A stretch of DNA of 64,000 nt from Candidatus Saccharimonadales bacterium (GTDB lineage: Bacteria; Patescibacteriota; Saccharimonadia; Saccharimonadales; SZUA-47), in assembly GCA_038211855.1 (NCBI GenBank), contig JBBQVE010000001.1, positions 95,309 through 159,308 of the forward strand. The letters run 5' to 3'. The translations under genes were made by a program, and so were the position numbers. Shown one piece after another: positions 16,157-25,033 of the stretch (position 1 is its first letter; each line of letters starts with the position of its first letter). The notes under the pieces are model-generated. The model ran no database searches. It was given only the letters and a program-made list of their open reading frames with translations, and was not told where the DNA came from.

Positions 16157-17011
16157 ATGAAGGTAATGAAGTACACGTTTGCTCAGTTCAAAAAAGAATA
16201 TCCGAACGACTCAGCATGTCTAAAATCTGTCCTAGAAAATCGCTACGGTAACACATGCCCTCGTTGCGGTGTTGTGGGCGTTAAATGGCACCCTATCACG
16301 GGTCGTAAAGGTTTTGTCTGCTCTGAGTGCGACCGCCATATCTACCCGCTTGCAGACACTATATTTCGGAAGTCAGAAACTAGTCTTTGGAACTGGTTTT
16401 ACGCCATTTACCTGTTCTCAGTCGCTAAAAACGGTGTAAGTGCCAAAGAGCTAGAACGGCATCTCGGCTGTAGCTACAAGACGGCGTGGCGTATGGCTAA
16501 ACAGATTCGCTTGCTCATGGAAGTTAATGGTAGCGACCCACTAGACGGTGCTGTAGAAATTGATGAAACATATATTGGTGGTCGCCGTAAACTTGCTCAG
16601 AAGTTCAATAACAAAAGCATCGTATTTGGCATGGTTGAACGTGACGGTCAGATAAAGTCTATGCATGTTAAAAGTGCGGGCAGTCGTGTTTTATTACCTG
16701 TAATTATCAAAGATATTGCACCTACAGCGAGTGTTCATAGTGATGAATGGGGAGCATACCGAACTTTACCTAAACTAGGCTACAGTCATACAACCGTAAA
16801 CCACAGTAAACTAGAGTATGTACGTGGATCGGCTCACACAAACACCATAGAGGGCTATTGGTCACAGCTCAAGCGCTCCGTGGACGGTACATATCACTCA
16901 GTATCGCCTAAATACTTACAGCAATACCTGAACGAGTTCTCGTTCCGCTACAATCTCAGAGGAATTGCTATTTGCCCTGTTCTTTTGGAACGGGCTGGGA
17001 AGCCTTTTTAA
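16157..17011 (+). CDS. IS1595-family (ISXO2-like) transposase
   Basis: N-terminal zinc ribbon CPRCG...CSEC, then a DDE domain (EIDETYIGG...HSDEWGAY...TNTIEGYW). The likely start is ATG 16166, 7 nt after TGaTACAAT; the track ORF starts at 16079. Confidence 0.9.
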   Translation: MKVMKYTFAQFKKEYPNDSACLKSVLENRYGNTCPRCGVVGVKWHPITGRKGFVCSECDRHIYPLADTIFRKSETSLWNWFYAIYLFSVAKNGVSAKELERHLGCSYKTAWRMAKQIRLLMEVNGSDPLDGAVEIDETYIGGRRKLAQKFNNKSIVFGMVERDGQIKSMHVKSAGSRVLLPVIIKDIAPTASVHSDEWGAYRTLPKLGYSHTTVNHSKLEYVRGSAHTNTIEGYWSQLKRSVDGTYHSVSPKYLQQYLNEFSFRYNLRGIAICPVLLERAGKPF

Positions 17012-17041
17012 TTAGCTTTTTGAACAGTTTTTTACTCATAC

Positions 17042-17533
17042 TTAAATTCTAACAGATAACCAGTGCCATAATTTTAACAATCCACCTGCCAATAAAGTTC
17101 CTGCTCCCGCTGCAAGTACATAAGTTAGCATTTTAAAAATCATAGGCCAGTCTTTCCAGAGTTCTTGCCAAAATCCTAACCACGGAAAACTGCTGATAAG
17201 TTTCTTACCATCCCGTGTAATTTTTAAATACATACCTTCGGGATATTTTCTTGATGGTAGTAATTTTAAGTAGTGGTACTCATTTACGGCTAAATCGTAA
17301 ATCTCTTCAGCGTTTACAGGCCCAACTTTTCTGAATCCGTATGACAATAATCTTTTTGTCTCAAATTCAACCACGGCGTGCTGGTCATATGTCATATCAA
17401 TTTCACTAACATAATCTCCAAAAACATTTTTAGGTAATTTATCAGCAATGATACGGTTGCTAAGATATACAGACTTAACGAAAGACCGCATCCTCATCAT
17501 TGTTATCATTCTCTTCAGTATACCCTTATTCAT
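17042..17533 (-). CDS. Hypothetical protein with a C-terminal TM segment (IS passenger)
   Basis: 163-aa ORF lying entirely between the transposase and IR-R. No recognised motif. Confidence 0.5.
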   Translation of the reverse strand: MNKGILKRMITMMRMRSFVKSVYLSNRIIADKLPKNVFGDYVSEIDMTYDQHAVVEFETKRLLSYGFRKVGPVNAEEIYDLAVNEYHYLKLLPSRKYPEGMYLKITRDGKKLISSFPWLGFWQELWKDWPMIFKMLTYVLAAGAGTLLAGGLLKLWHWLSVRI

Positions 17534-17577
17534 GCTTGCGACCCCATGCAGTTACTTGCTGTGAGGGGAGAGTCGCC

Positions 17578-17585
17578 AAATAAAA
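17578..17585. repeat. Target-site duplication AAATAAAA (right copy)
   Basis: Matches 15487..15494. Confidence 0.9.
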
Positions 17586-17588
17586 ATA

Positions 17589-17617
17589 TTGATAAATAAC
17601 CTTAAACGTGTTATAAT
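17589..17617 (+). promoter_or_regulatory. Near-consensus promoter TTGATA-N17-TATAAT (the -10 hexamer forms part of an extended TGtTATAAT motif)
   Basis: TTGATA at 17589-17594 and TATAAT at 17612-17617. The ATG at 17627 is 9 nt downstream. Confidence 0.7.
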
Positions 17618-17626
17618 ACATAAAGT

Positions 17627-18187
17627 ATGAGTGCATTCGAAAGATATAAAAATGATATGACTCCAGAGGAGGCAGCTTCTTATGGATTGCCAGCTTATGG
17701 AGACGCGCGATTAGAACTTGTGAGTCAAATTGAAGAATTGAGCATAGTAAAAGACCAACAGCGTACAGGCAGCCCCTCAAAAGGTTTCGACTTAGCCCTT
17801 AGATCTCTCAAGATAATTACGGGTCAACGCGAAGCGTTTATTGTTCATACTGGTGAAAAAGAGATTATACGTCCCGCGACAATTCATGTGGTGAACGATG
17901 AACCACTTTGGAAAGGCTTCGGACTGGTGTTCCCAAGAATGGCAGATGCGCTGAGCAAACAGATGCATGTGTCGCATGTGCCAGATATTCAGGAAATATT
18001 TCAATCGGATCAACCAACTGAACTCGCTTCGCATGCAGGCATGCTGCTGGTCGCACAGTCAATGGAAGTTGCCATATTCAGAGAACCAAGTATCCAGATT
18101 TGGGCAACAAATCCAGACAGTCACATCATGTTAACTTTCGAATCTGCGCACAATACGATAAATAGATTACCTACTCCATCTGAGTAA
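17627..18187 (+). CDS. Hypothetical protein (186 aa)
   Basis: ORF behind a strong promoter. Its 3' end overlaps the convergent tmk-thyX gene by 17 nt. Confidence 0.6.
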   Translation: MSAFERYKNDMTPEEAASYGLPAYGDARLELVSQIEELSIVKDQQRTGSPSKGFDLALRSLKIITGQREAFIVHTGEKEIIRPATIHVVNDEPLWKGFGLVFPRMADALSKQMHVSHVPDIQEIFQSDQPTELASHAGMLLVAQSMEVAIFREPSIQIWATNPDSHIMLTFESAHNTINRLPTPSE

Positions 18188-20516
18188 GTTTGAACTGTGT
18201 GTAGCGTTCGGCAGCTAGTCGAGTGAGCTCGGCGTCTTCATCGGAGTTGACGAAGCGCATGCCTTCGGCCAGCATTGGATGGACTTCGCCGAGTTTTTCA
18301 TGCATCTGCAGAACGAGTTTGCGATAGCCAGGATGGCCTTGCGGCGTTGATCGCAGTTCATGGATATGAAAGGCCTCACGGGCATTGTACGTGACCTTCC
18401 AGCGCATCTTGTGGCCAAGCAGCGTGGCGTATTGGGCCTCGATTTCGTGGCCGGCGCTTTGTAGGATGCTGTAGAGTTCTAGACTTATCTCAAAACACTT
18501 CTCGAATTGCTCGGTCAGGCCGGCGTCTTCGACAAGTTTTGGAATCTCGTAGCCGTAGCGCGGTGTCAAGAACTGCCACTCCATGTCATCGACGAGGCGG
18601 TGGCGCTGCATGTCGCGGAAAATGCCATAATCACACATGATATCCCAGCTGTAATGGGCTTTTTCAAGTGCCCTGCCTGGCCGGTGGCGGCGGTTGAGAC
18701 GTTCGCCAAAGTACGTCTTCATAATCTGTTCTTTTTCTTTCATGGAAAGCTTGCTGACACGAGTACGGATTTCTTCAAGCGGCATATCGCTGTGCTCGTA
18801 GAGCATGTCTGCACAGAGATCGAGTTCGTTTTTTGGCCAGAAATCGGTCATTGTGACATCGTCCTTGCCTGAGGTGTGCCCAACCGGCAATAGCATATTT
18901 GCGAGTTCTTTGACCGCTTTGTAAGTGTTGGCTTTATATGCAACCAGAGCACCACCGCGTTCTGGCTTGTCAGCGCGCTCCAAAAAGGTACCCATGACTT
19001 TGCGGGCTTCGACGAGCAACTGCTCGCCTGTTTCGCGGGCCTCGGGCAGTTCGTCGGCCAACAGATGCATGATCAAGCTTTCTAGCGCTTGACCGCTGGC
19101 ATAGATGCCCACCGTGGCCTTGGTTGCAACCGGTAAGACTGCACGAATAGCATCGCAGGCTTGGGCACGAGTCGCGCCTTGCCACGCGACATCCTGCTCA
19201 GTTTTCGGTACGTTTGAGCCTTCGCGGACGTAGGTAGTCAATTTTCGGACCATTTCTGAGTACAGGTCAAACAATGAGTTCATGAATTGCTCGTACATGA
19301 CTTTGGTTTTTTTTGGCAACGATTCGGGGGTGTAATAACGATATTTGCCGTCGGCGTCCTTTTGATCGAAATAGATGTAGCGGGTTGATTGCTCCAAATA
19401 GGCAGCAAGGCGGCCCCATTCCAGCTTTTTGGTGAGCAGATTACTGGCGTTCTCGACGACCACGTGCTGACCGACCAGCTGCTGGACCGAATCATCGCCG
19501 TAGGCTGTTATAACGCGCCGGAGTAGTTTTTCGTCTTTACCGGCCGCAGTGGCGAATTCGTCGAGTATGGTGATGCGCATGTCGTCGGCCCGACGTGAAA
19601 GTCGAGCCATTGCGGCTGCAATCGTCATAGCGCTCAATTTGTCGGTAAAGGCGTAGACGTTACCGGTCGGGTTGGTGACAGACTCTTCTAGGAACTCATT
19701 GCCGGCAGCGGTCACCACATAGCGACCGTCTTTGTCTTTTTTGACGTATTCAAGCACTGTTTCGGTCGCAGAATTTTTGTCATCTGGTGATTTGTACCCA
19801 TGGGTGAGCGACCCTTTGGCGTCCTTTGCGGGTGTTGGTAACAGTGGTATGACGCTTTCCCAAATAAGATCATGGATCTGCGGGATGCTCATCAACTCGC
19901 CGCTACGCACGCAATCGATGCGCATAAAGTCTTTCGGAAACAACGAGCACATTTCATCGTATACTTCGACGGATTTTTTGAGGTGTTCGATGTCGGCTTC
20001 GTGGATATCGCGCTTTTTGTCCGTATAGCTGCGTTTGCCTTTTTGGTCAACTAATTGTTGAGCAATCTCGGCTGGTACACGCAATACGACGCTTCTATCG
20101 GGCCGGGGTACGTTCAGCATCTGGAATTCCAGATTATCGACCCAGATGAAATAGCCGCGACGTTCAGCCGAATTCACGAACTTCGTTCCTTGATGCGCCA
20201 TGTTGCTGCCGGTAAAACGGTTGCAAAGCACGACCTTGCCTTCAGCGAGAGCTTTTTGGATGGCAGGAGCGGCTTGGAAACGATCGAGCGCGTAAAAAAG
20301 CGAACCCGTATAAGGACCGACCTGCTCAGCGGTGCCGTAAGCCCCATTCAGATATTGCTCAACAAAGTAGGCTGAGGGCTGCCCATACTGTGGAAAATCA
20401 AACACCACGACATCATGACCACTTTCTGATAAGCGACGGCCTAGCAGATCGAACTGCGTTCCCTTGCCTGAGCCGTCGGTGCCCTCGATCACTAAAAAGG
20501 TACCTTTTTCTGTCAT
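18171..20516 (-). CDS. Fusion protein: N-terminal dTMP kinase (Tmk) plus a long C-terminal ThyX-like (flavin-dependent thymidylate synthase) region with two ThyX-like halves
   Basis: LVIEGTDGSGKGTQ P-loop at the N-terminus. Later WGRLAAYLEQSTRY and QRHRLVD...TPRY resemble split or degenerate copies of the ThyX motif RHRxxSxxxxSxRY. Confidence 0.7.
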   Translation of the reverse strand: MTEKGTFLVIEGTDGSGKGTQFDLLGRRLSESGHDVVVFDFPQYGQPSAYFVEQYLNGAYGTAEQVGPYTGSLFYALDRFQAAPAIQKALAEGKVVLCNRFTGSNMAHQGTKFVNSAERRGYFIWVDNLEFQMLNVPRPDRSVVLRVPAEIAQQLVDQKGKRSYTDKKRDIHEADIEHLKKSVEVYDEMCSLFPKDFMRIDCVRSGELMSIPQIHDLIWESVIPLLPTPAKDAKGSLTHGYKSPDDKNSATETVLEYVKKDKDGRYVVTAAGNEFLEESVTNPTGNVYAFTDKLSAMTIAAAMARLSRRADDMRITILDEFATAAGKDEKLLRRVITAYGDDSVQQLVGQHVVVENASNLLTKKLEWGRLAAYLEQSTRYIYFDQKDADGKYRYYTPESLPKKTKVMYEQFMNSLFDLYSEMVRKLTTYVREGSNVPKTEQDVAWQGATRAQACDAIRAVLPVATKATVGIYASGQALESLIMHLLADELPEARETGEQLLVEARKVMGTFLERADKPERGGALVAYKANTYKAVKELANMLLPVGHTSGKDDVTMTDFWPKNELDLCADMLYEHSDMPLEEIRTRVSKLSMKEKEQIMKTYFGERLNRRHRPGRALEKAHYSWDIMCDYGIFRDMQRHRLVDDMEWQFLTPRYGYEIPKLVEDAGLTEQFEKCFEISLELYSILQSAGHEIEAQYATLLGHKMRWKVTYNAREAFHIHELRSTPQGHPGYRKLVLQMHEKLGEVHPMLAEGMRFVNSDEDAELTRLAAERYTQFKLTQME

Positions 20517-20518
20517 TA

Positions 20519-21250
20519 TCAGATCTCCCTCGGTGTTCTACGTTTGTCTTTGTACGCCCGCGGTAACATCTGTTCAGGGCGCCATTCTGCGATCAATCCC
20601 ACGAGGTTATCGGCGTTACCGGGCTGGTATTTGCCAGAGAGCTTGGCGTATTCCGTGTCGACCGGCCCGGTGTGATAAAAAACTATTTGGGCGATACGTT
20701 CGCCAACTGGTAGCACGACGCTTTCATGCTGGTTCATATTGTATATTTCCATCGTCCAGCGATTGATGTAACCCGGGTCGCCCCAGCCAGCGTCCAAACA
20801 GACGGCGACACCGTTCCGGCCCCAAGTGCTACGCGCTTGCATGGTGCTGGTGCCGGGGGCTTTGATGCCGATGAACTCGTGGGTGTGCGCTAAGATGCGT
20901 TCGCCGGGACGCAGGACAATGATTGGATGATCGGCTGGAATGCCACGGAAAAGCGTGCGGCCATTTGCCTGCGCCCAAAGTGAATGCGTTTCGGCATGAT
21001 GCGGGCCATCAAAATAACGATTCACATCAGATTCATCAAAGGGGTTGTAAAAACCGCCGCTCGGGCCGCTTTCGGTCCGGTAAAACCAGTGCCCGAGAGT
21101 TACATCAACACTGCTGCCGGCAATATGCTCAGGGATGTAAGGATGGAAGACGATGTGGCCGGTTTTAATCGCTTCCATAATTTCGATATTAGAATAGACA
21201 CCCCCGACGAGTGGAGTCGCGATAACCCCTGTTCTGCTACCCTCATTCAT
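20519..21250 (-). CDS. dcd: dCTP deaminase/dUTPase-superfamily protein (Dcd-like)
   Basis: SSVDVTLG, GWGDPGYINRWTMEIYN, VGERIAQIVF. ATG 21250 lies 7 nt after TACAAT; the track ORF uses TTG 21283. Confidence 0.8.
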   Translation of the reverse strand: MNEGSRTGVIATPLVGGVYSNIEIMEAIKTGHIVFHPYIPEHIAGSSVDVTLGHWFYRTESGPSGGFYNPFDESDVNRYFDGPHHAETHSLWAQANGRTLFRGIPADHPIIVLRPGERILAHTHEFIGIKAPGTSTMQARSTWGRNGVAVCLDAGWGDPGYINRWTMEIYNMNQHESVVLPVGERIAQIVFYHTGPVDTEYAKLSGKYQPGNADNLVGLIAEWRPEQMLPRAYKDKRRTPREI

Positions 21251-21318
21251 TACCACTATTGTACGCGTGCGACCTCTTGCCAAGCAAGGTAAAATGTATT
21301 GTACTTTTTACGTGTGCA

Positions 21319-21828
21319 CTATATATGGTGTTTGAAGATCCATTCACATACGCTAAGAGATTCGCTAAAAAGGTCACCTGCGGCATAAAGTTCTCTAATG
21401 GCCATAAGTGTAAGCCACTCAATGGCATCGGCACCATCTGGATTGTCGGTAATTTTAGTTGTTTTCGCACGAACTAGATAACTGAGATCAATATGCTTAT
21501 GAGTTTCGTTATAATTGTGCTGAAAAAAATAAAACGGAATCGGCAGGCGAGTAATGCCGCCACCGGGGTTTGGTTGTTCGGGCTGAGCGATTATGTCGTA
21601 CTCTGAGGGTTTGAGACCGGTTTCTTCTTCAAGTTCATGATGCAGTGCCTCAAGCGGATTTTCGTCCAACTCAATGTGGCCACCTGGTTGTAGCCATTTG
21701 CCAATTTTACGGTGTTTTAACAAAAGTAATTTCGGTTCTGTAGGGTGCAAAATAAACGCGCTGGTCGTGAAGTCATTCAACTCATGAATATGGGGCATAG
21801 AGAAACTATACACCGCGTTGATGCACAA
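21319..21828 (-). CDS. NUDIX hydrolase
   Basis: Nudix box GGHIELDENPLEALHHELEEETGL. Confidence 0.85.
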   Translation of the reverse strand: MCINAVYSFSMPHIHELNDFTTSAFILHPTEPKLLLLKHRKIGKWLQPGGHIELDENPLEALHHELEEETGLKPSEYDIIAQPEQPNPGGGITRLPIPFYFFQHNYNETHKHIDLSYLVRAKTTKITDNPDGADAIEWLTLMAIRELYAAGDLFSESLSVCEWIFKHHI

Positions 21829-22357
21829 GATAAGTCATAACGGCGACTCTCGTTAGAAAACGACGCTGCCGCCCATCACCGACAAATCTGGCGTCATCTC
21901 TTTCGATCAGCCTGATGATGGATTGTGGTGATCTCCAGACTTTCATACAGCCTACAGGTAAGTTTTCTGGTGTAGGAGAGGGCATATTTCGATAGAGCAC
22001 CGGAATGTGGAGTCGTGGTGCGGCGCCTTTTGTAGAAATGGCTCGAATGAGTATAGTGCCAATCGCCTGACCTTCGCCTGCTGTATGAAAACGGCGCGCA
22101 ACTGCCTTGGATACTTCAGTAGCACCAAATGGCGGATCAATAATTGCTTCAGGTAATTTCGCTATTTTAGGAATATTGCCAAAAGCATCGAAATCCAAGG
22201 TCAGCAGGTTACCTTCAGCATTTGGTATGATTCCCATCGCAACTGGTTGGTCCGAGGTGTTTTCAAGAATGGATTGTAAGGAGTCCGGAGAAAATCTTAA
22301 GACTTCCACGTCTGACGGTATGTTCGAGTGAGACATATGATGTTCTCCTTCTCCCAC
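21806..22357 (-). CDS. Hypothetical protein (183 aa)
   Basis: ORF only, with no recognised motif. Confidence 0.5.
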   Translation of the reverse strand: MGEGEHHMSHSNIPSDVEVLRFSPDSLQSILENTSDQPVAMGIIPNAEGNLLTLDFDAFGNIPKIAKLPEAIIDPPFGATEVSKAVARRFHTAGEGQAIGTILIRAISTKGAAPRLHIPVLYRNMPSPTPENLPVGCMKVWRSPQSIIRLIERDDARFVGDGRQRRFLTRVAVMTYLVHQRGV

Positions 22358-22366
22358 CCAGAGAGT

Positions 22367-23356
22367 TTAAAGCTCGGAGTTTAGAACTTTGATGCTTGGG
22401 CCCATGCTGGTTGTCACGAAGGCAGATTTGACGTAAGTAGCTTTGACGCTTGAAGGTTTTGCGGCTTTGAGGGCGGCAATGACGGCCGCGGCGTTTTCAC
22501 CGAGCTTGGCAGGACCGAAGCTGACTTTGCCCATGGCAAGATGAATGATACCAGTTGGGTCGACGCGGTATTCAACTCGACCAGCTTTGGCTTCTAGGAC
22601 GGCTTTCGCGACGTCTTTGGTGACTGTACCGCTCTTTGGGTTCGGCATCAGGCCTTTTGGACCGAGCACGCGGGCGTATTTGCCGAGTTTCGCCATGACT
22701 TGCGGGGTAGAAATAAGTACGTCGAAGTCGATTTTGCCCTTATCAAGCTGGGCGAGGAAGTCTTCGGCACCAGCGATTTCGGCACCGGCTTTTTTGGCAA
22801 GTGCAACGTCATCAACTTCGGCAAAAACGGCAACACGAACAGCTTTACCGGTACCGGCTGGCAATACCAGCTGACCACGGATGTTCTGATCGGCTTGACG
22901 AGGATCAACGTTTAAGCGAACGTGCAGCTCGACGCTTGAGTCAAACTTGGTGGTAGCGGTCTTGGTGGCAAGTTCGAGGGCTTCGGCAAGGCTGTATTCT
23001 TTGTCTCTTTCAATAAGTTTGAAGGCTGCGCGGTATTTTTTGCCGGCGCGCTCAGAGTGAGGGCGAGCTGTTGGCGCTAGTTTGGCAACATGCTCAGTGT
23101 CATCATCTTCTGAGGCGTGAGCTTTTCGATCTTCCTTCGCCTCTTTGGCTTCGGCTACTTTGACACCTTTGGCGCTGCGCTTACCAGCCTTGGCTGTTTT
23201 TGGCTCTTCAGCCTCAATAACTGCGACCTCTTGGGCAACAACTTCTTCAGATGCAGGCGTTTCTGCCAACACCTCAACAATAGGCTTTTCGGCCTTTTTG
23301 ATAGCTGGCTTCTTGGCTGCTGGAGCTTTTGCAGCTGGTTTCTTGGCTTCCGCCAT
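22367..23356 (-). CDS. rplA: 50S ribosomal protein L1 with a roughly 100-aa Lys/Ala/Glu-rich N-terminal extension
   Basis: The C-terminal roughly 230 aa are L1-like (GKAVRVAVFA..., VLGPKGLMPNPKSGTV). ATG 23356 is preceded by the SD AAGGA. Confidence 0.9.
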   Translation of the reverse strand: MAEAKKPAAKAPAAKKPAIKKAEKPIVEVLAETPASEEVVAQEVAVIEAEEPKTAKAGKRSAKGVKVAEAKEAKEDRKAHASEDDDTEHVAKLAPTARPHSERAGKKYRAAFKLIERDKEYSLAEALELATKTATTKFDSSVELHVRLNVDPRQADQNIRGQLVLPAGTGKAVRVAVFAEVDDVALAKKAGAEIAGAEDFLAQLDKGKIDFDVLISTPQVMAKLGKYARVLGPKGLMPNPKSGTVTKDVAKAVLEAKAGRVEYRVDPTGIIHLAMGKVSFGPAKLGENAAAVIAALKAAKPSSVKATYVKSAFVTTSMGPSIKVLNSEL

Positions 23357-23449
23357 AGAGTGATCCTTTCGTGGTACGAGCGGCTTGTTTAAAGCCTCCC
23401 ACAAACTTACTTGTTTATGAGCATATTATAGCAGTTTCGTATCCGTTTG

Positions 23450-24220
23450 TCACTCATTCTCGTAAGCACCAAAGAAACGGTCTCCAGCATCGCCAAGCCC
23501 TGGAACAATATAGGCATTGTCATTAACGCCCCAGTGTAGTTGTGTCGTTGTTATATCAAAGTTATCAGGAAATGCTTTAAGTAAACGAGCGGTACCTTGG
23601 GGGGCTGGAATCATGGCCAACATATGCACGTATCGGGCGCCACGCTCGAAGGCTGTTTCTATAGTTACCTCGGCAGATCCACCGGTTGCGAGCATCGGAT
23701 CGCAGACAAACACTTCTTTGCCCTTTAGGTTCTTCGGCATTTTGTCTGCGATCATAAGTGGGTCATGTGTCAATTCATCACGCTTCATGTCAAGGAAGTA
23801 CTGGTGGGCATTGGGAACATGGGCATCGATACCCTCACGGAAAGCAAGACCGGCACGAGGAATGATGACGAATGCCATGTCATCTTGGATGAGGGTACTA
23901 GCCGTTAGATAGCGCTGATTCGGTGTAGTAACTGATCGGGGATGACGACTAGAGATGGAATTATTAAGTGCATCAGCAACTATGATGCCACCTAGATACC
24001 CCGCGGTACGTTTAAAGGTCTCCATGTCGGAGCTCGTATCGCATAATCTTAACACGGCACCTGCAACGAGAGGACTGTCTAGTATATGGAGTCTTCTTGC
24101 TTCAAAGTTTGTTTGGCAAACGTCGAGTGCGGCTTCAGTCGATTGAAATTTGATGAGGTTGCTACTTATGAAAGGTTTTGTTCCATTGGGGGTTTCGGAT
24201 GTGATCGAGATACTGCTCAT
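23450..24220 (-). CDS. upp: Uracil phosphoribosyltransferase-like protein with an N-terminal extension
   Basis: PRPP-binding VFVCDPMLATGGSA and the C-terminal YIVPGLGDAGDRFFG. Confidence 0.85.
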   Translation of the reverse strand: MSSISITSETPNGTKPFISSNLIKFQSTEAALDVCQTNFEARRLHILDSPLVAGAVLRLCDTSSDMETFKRTAGYLGGIIVADALNNSISSRHPRSVTTPNQRYLTASTLIQDDMAFVIIPRAGLAFREGIDAHVPNAHQYFLDMKRDELTHDPLMIADKMPKNLKGKEVFVCDPMLATGGSAEVTIETAFERGARYVHMLAMIPAPQGTARLLKAFPDNFDITTTQLHWGVNDNAYIVPGLGDAGDRFFGAYENE

Positions 24221-24251
24221 GATGCCTCCTATCAGTTTGACCGACTATAGC

Positions 24252-24285
24252 AAAAAGAACCTATCAAATGGTAGGTTCTTTTTTA
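24252..24285. terminator. Bidirectional terminator hairpin
   Basis: AAAAAGAACCTA-TCAAATGG-TAGGTTCTTTTTT. Confidence 0.75.
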
Positions 24286-24298
24286 CAATGATGTATCG

Positions 24299-24502
24299 TT
24301 AACGACGCAATGCGCGCGAGCGGGCCTGCATCGCGTTGATAAGTGCGACTTGGCCGACTTCATGCTCATACTGGCTATCGCTATAGATCTTTCTAGTTAC
24401 ATCGACTTCTATATGTAAAGGCGGTAACGAGTCGAAAGGCTCTTCGGCTGGCAATCTTGCCTCCCGAGGAGCTGTGTAGACGAGTTCGACGTTTCCTTGC
24501 AT
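24299..24502 (-). CDS. Hypothetical small protein (67 aa)
   Basis: ORF between rplK and the terminator. Confidence 0.4.
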   Translation of the reverse strand: MQGNVELVYTAPREARLPAEEPFDSLPPLHIEVDVTRKIYSDSQYEHEVGQVALINAMQARSRALRR

Positions 24503-24511
24503 GATGAAAAT

Positions 24512-24943
24512 CTAGGCTTCGACTTCGACGCCCATTGAACGGGCAGTGCCAGCGACCATTTTCTTTACAGATTCGATGTTATCGGCATTCATGTCGATCA
24601 TCTTGGCTTCGGCAATTTCGGTTAGTTGGCTTTGGCTAAGCTTTTTAGCGATTTTTTCGCTGTTCGGCTTGCCGCTGCCTTTTTTGATACCGAGTTTTTC
24701 GCGGATAAGGTCGTCAGCTGGTGTGCCAATGACACGAAAACTCATGGTGCGGTCTTCATAAATTGCAATATGTACCGTGAGCGCTTTGCCCATGCGGTCT
24801 TTGGTGGCTTCGTTGAATGGATTAATGAAATCCATCATGTTGACGCCGTACTGACCGAGAGTGGAACCGACTGGTGGCGCCGCGCTGGCCTGGCCACCTT
24901 TTAATTTCATCTTTAAATTTGCTTTGACAGGCTTTCCAGCCAT
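24512..24943 (-). CDS. rplK: 50S ribosomal protein L11
   Basis: KLKGGQASAAPPVGSTLGQYGVNMMDFINPFN. Confidence 0.97.
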   Translation of the reverse strand: MAGKPVKANLKMKLKGGQASAAPPVGSTLGQYGVNMMDFINPFNEATKDRMGKALTVHIAIYEDRTMSFRVIGTPADDLIREKLGIKKGSGKPNSEKIAKKLSQSQLTEIAEAKMIDMNADNIESVKKMVAGTARSMGVEVEA

Positions 24944-25033
24944 AGTACTTCTCCTTGTGTGCAGCAGTTTGAAGCTCTGCTAGACAATTGTGCGTAACTT
25001 GAAGCTCATTATACTACAGCTTACCTCTGTTGT

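Larger units (their letters stand above)
15495..17577 (+). mobile_element. IS1595-family insertion sequence (2083 bp) carrying passenger genes
   Basis: Perfect 25-bp terminal inverted repeats (GGCGACTCTCCCCTCACAGCAAGTA at 15495..15519, reverse complement at 17553..17577), an 8-bp AT-rich TSD, and an ISXO2/IS1595-type transposase inside. Confidence 0.9.

Noticed and set aside
17526-17780. 84-aa minus-strand ORF
   Set aside because: It crosses the IS right inverted repeat and TSD and lies antisense to the promoter and start of the 17627 gene. It is an artefact of the insertion junction.
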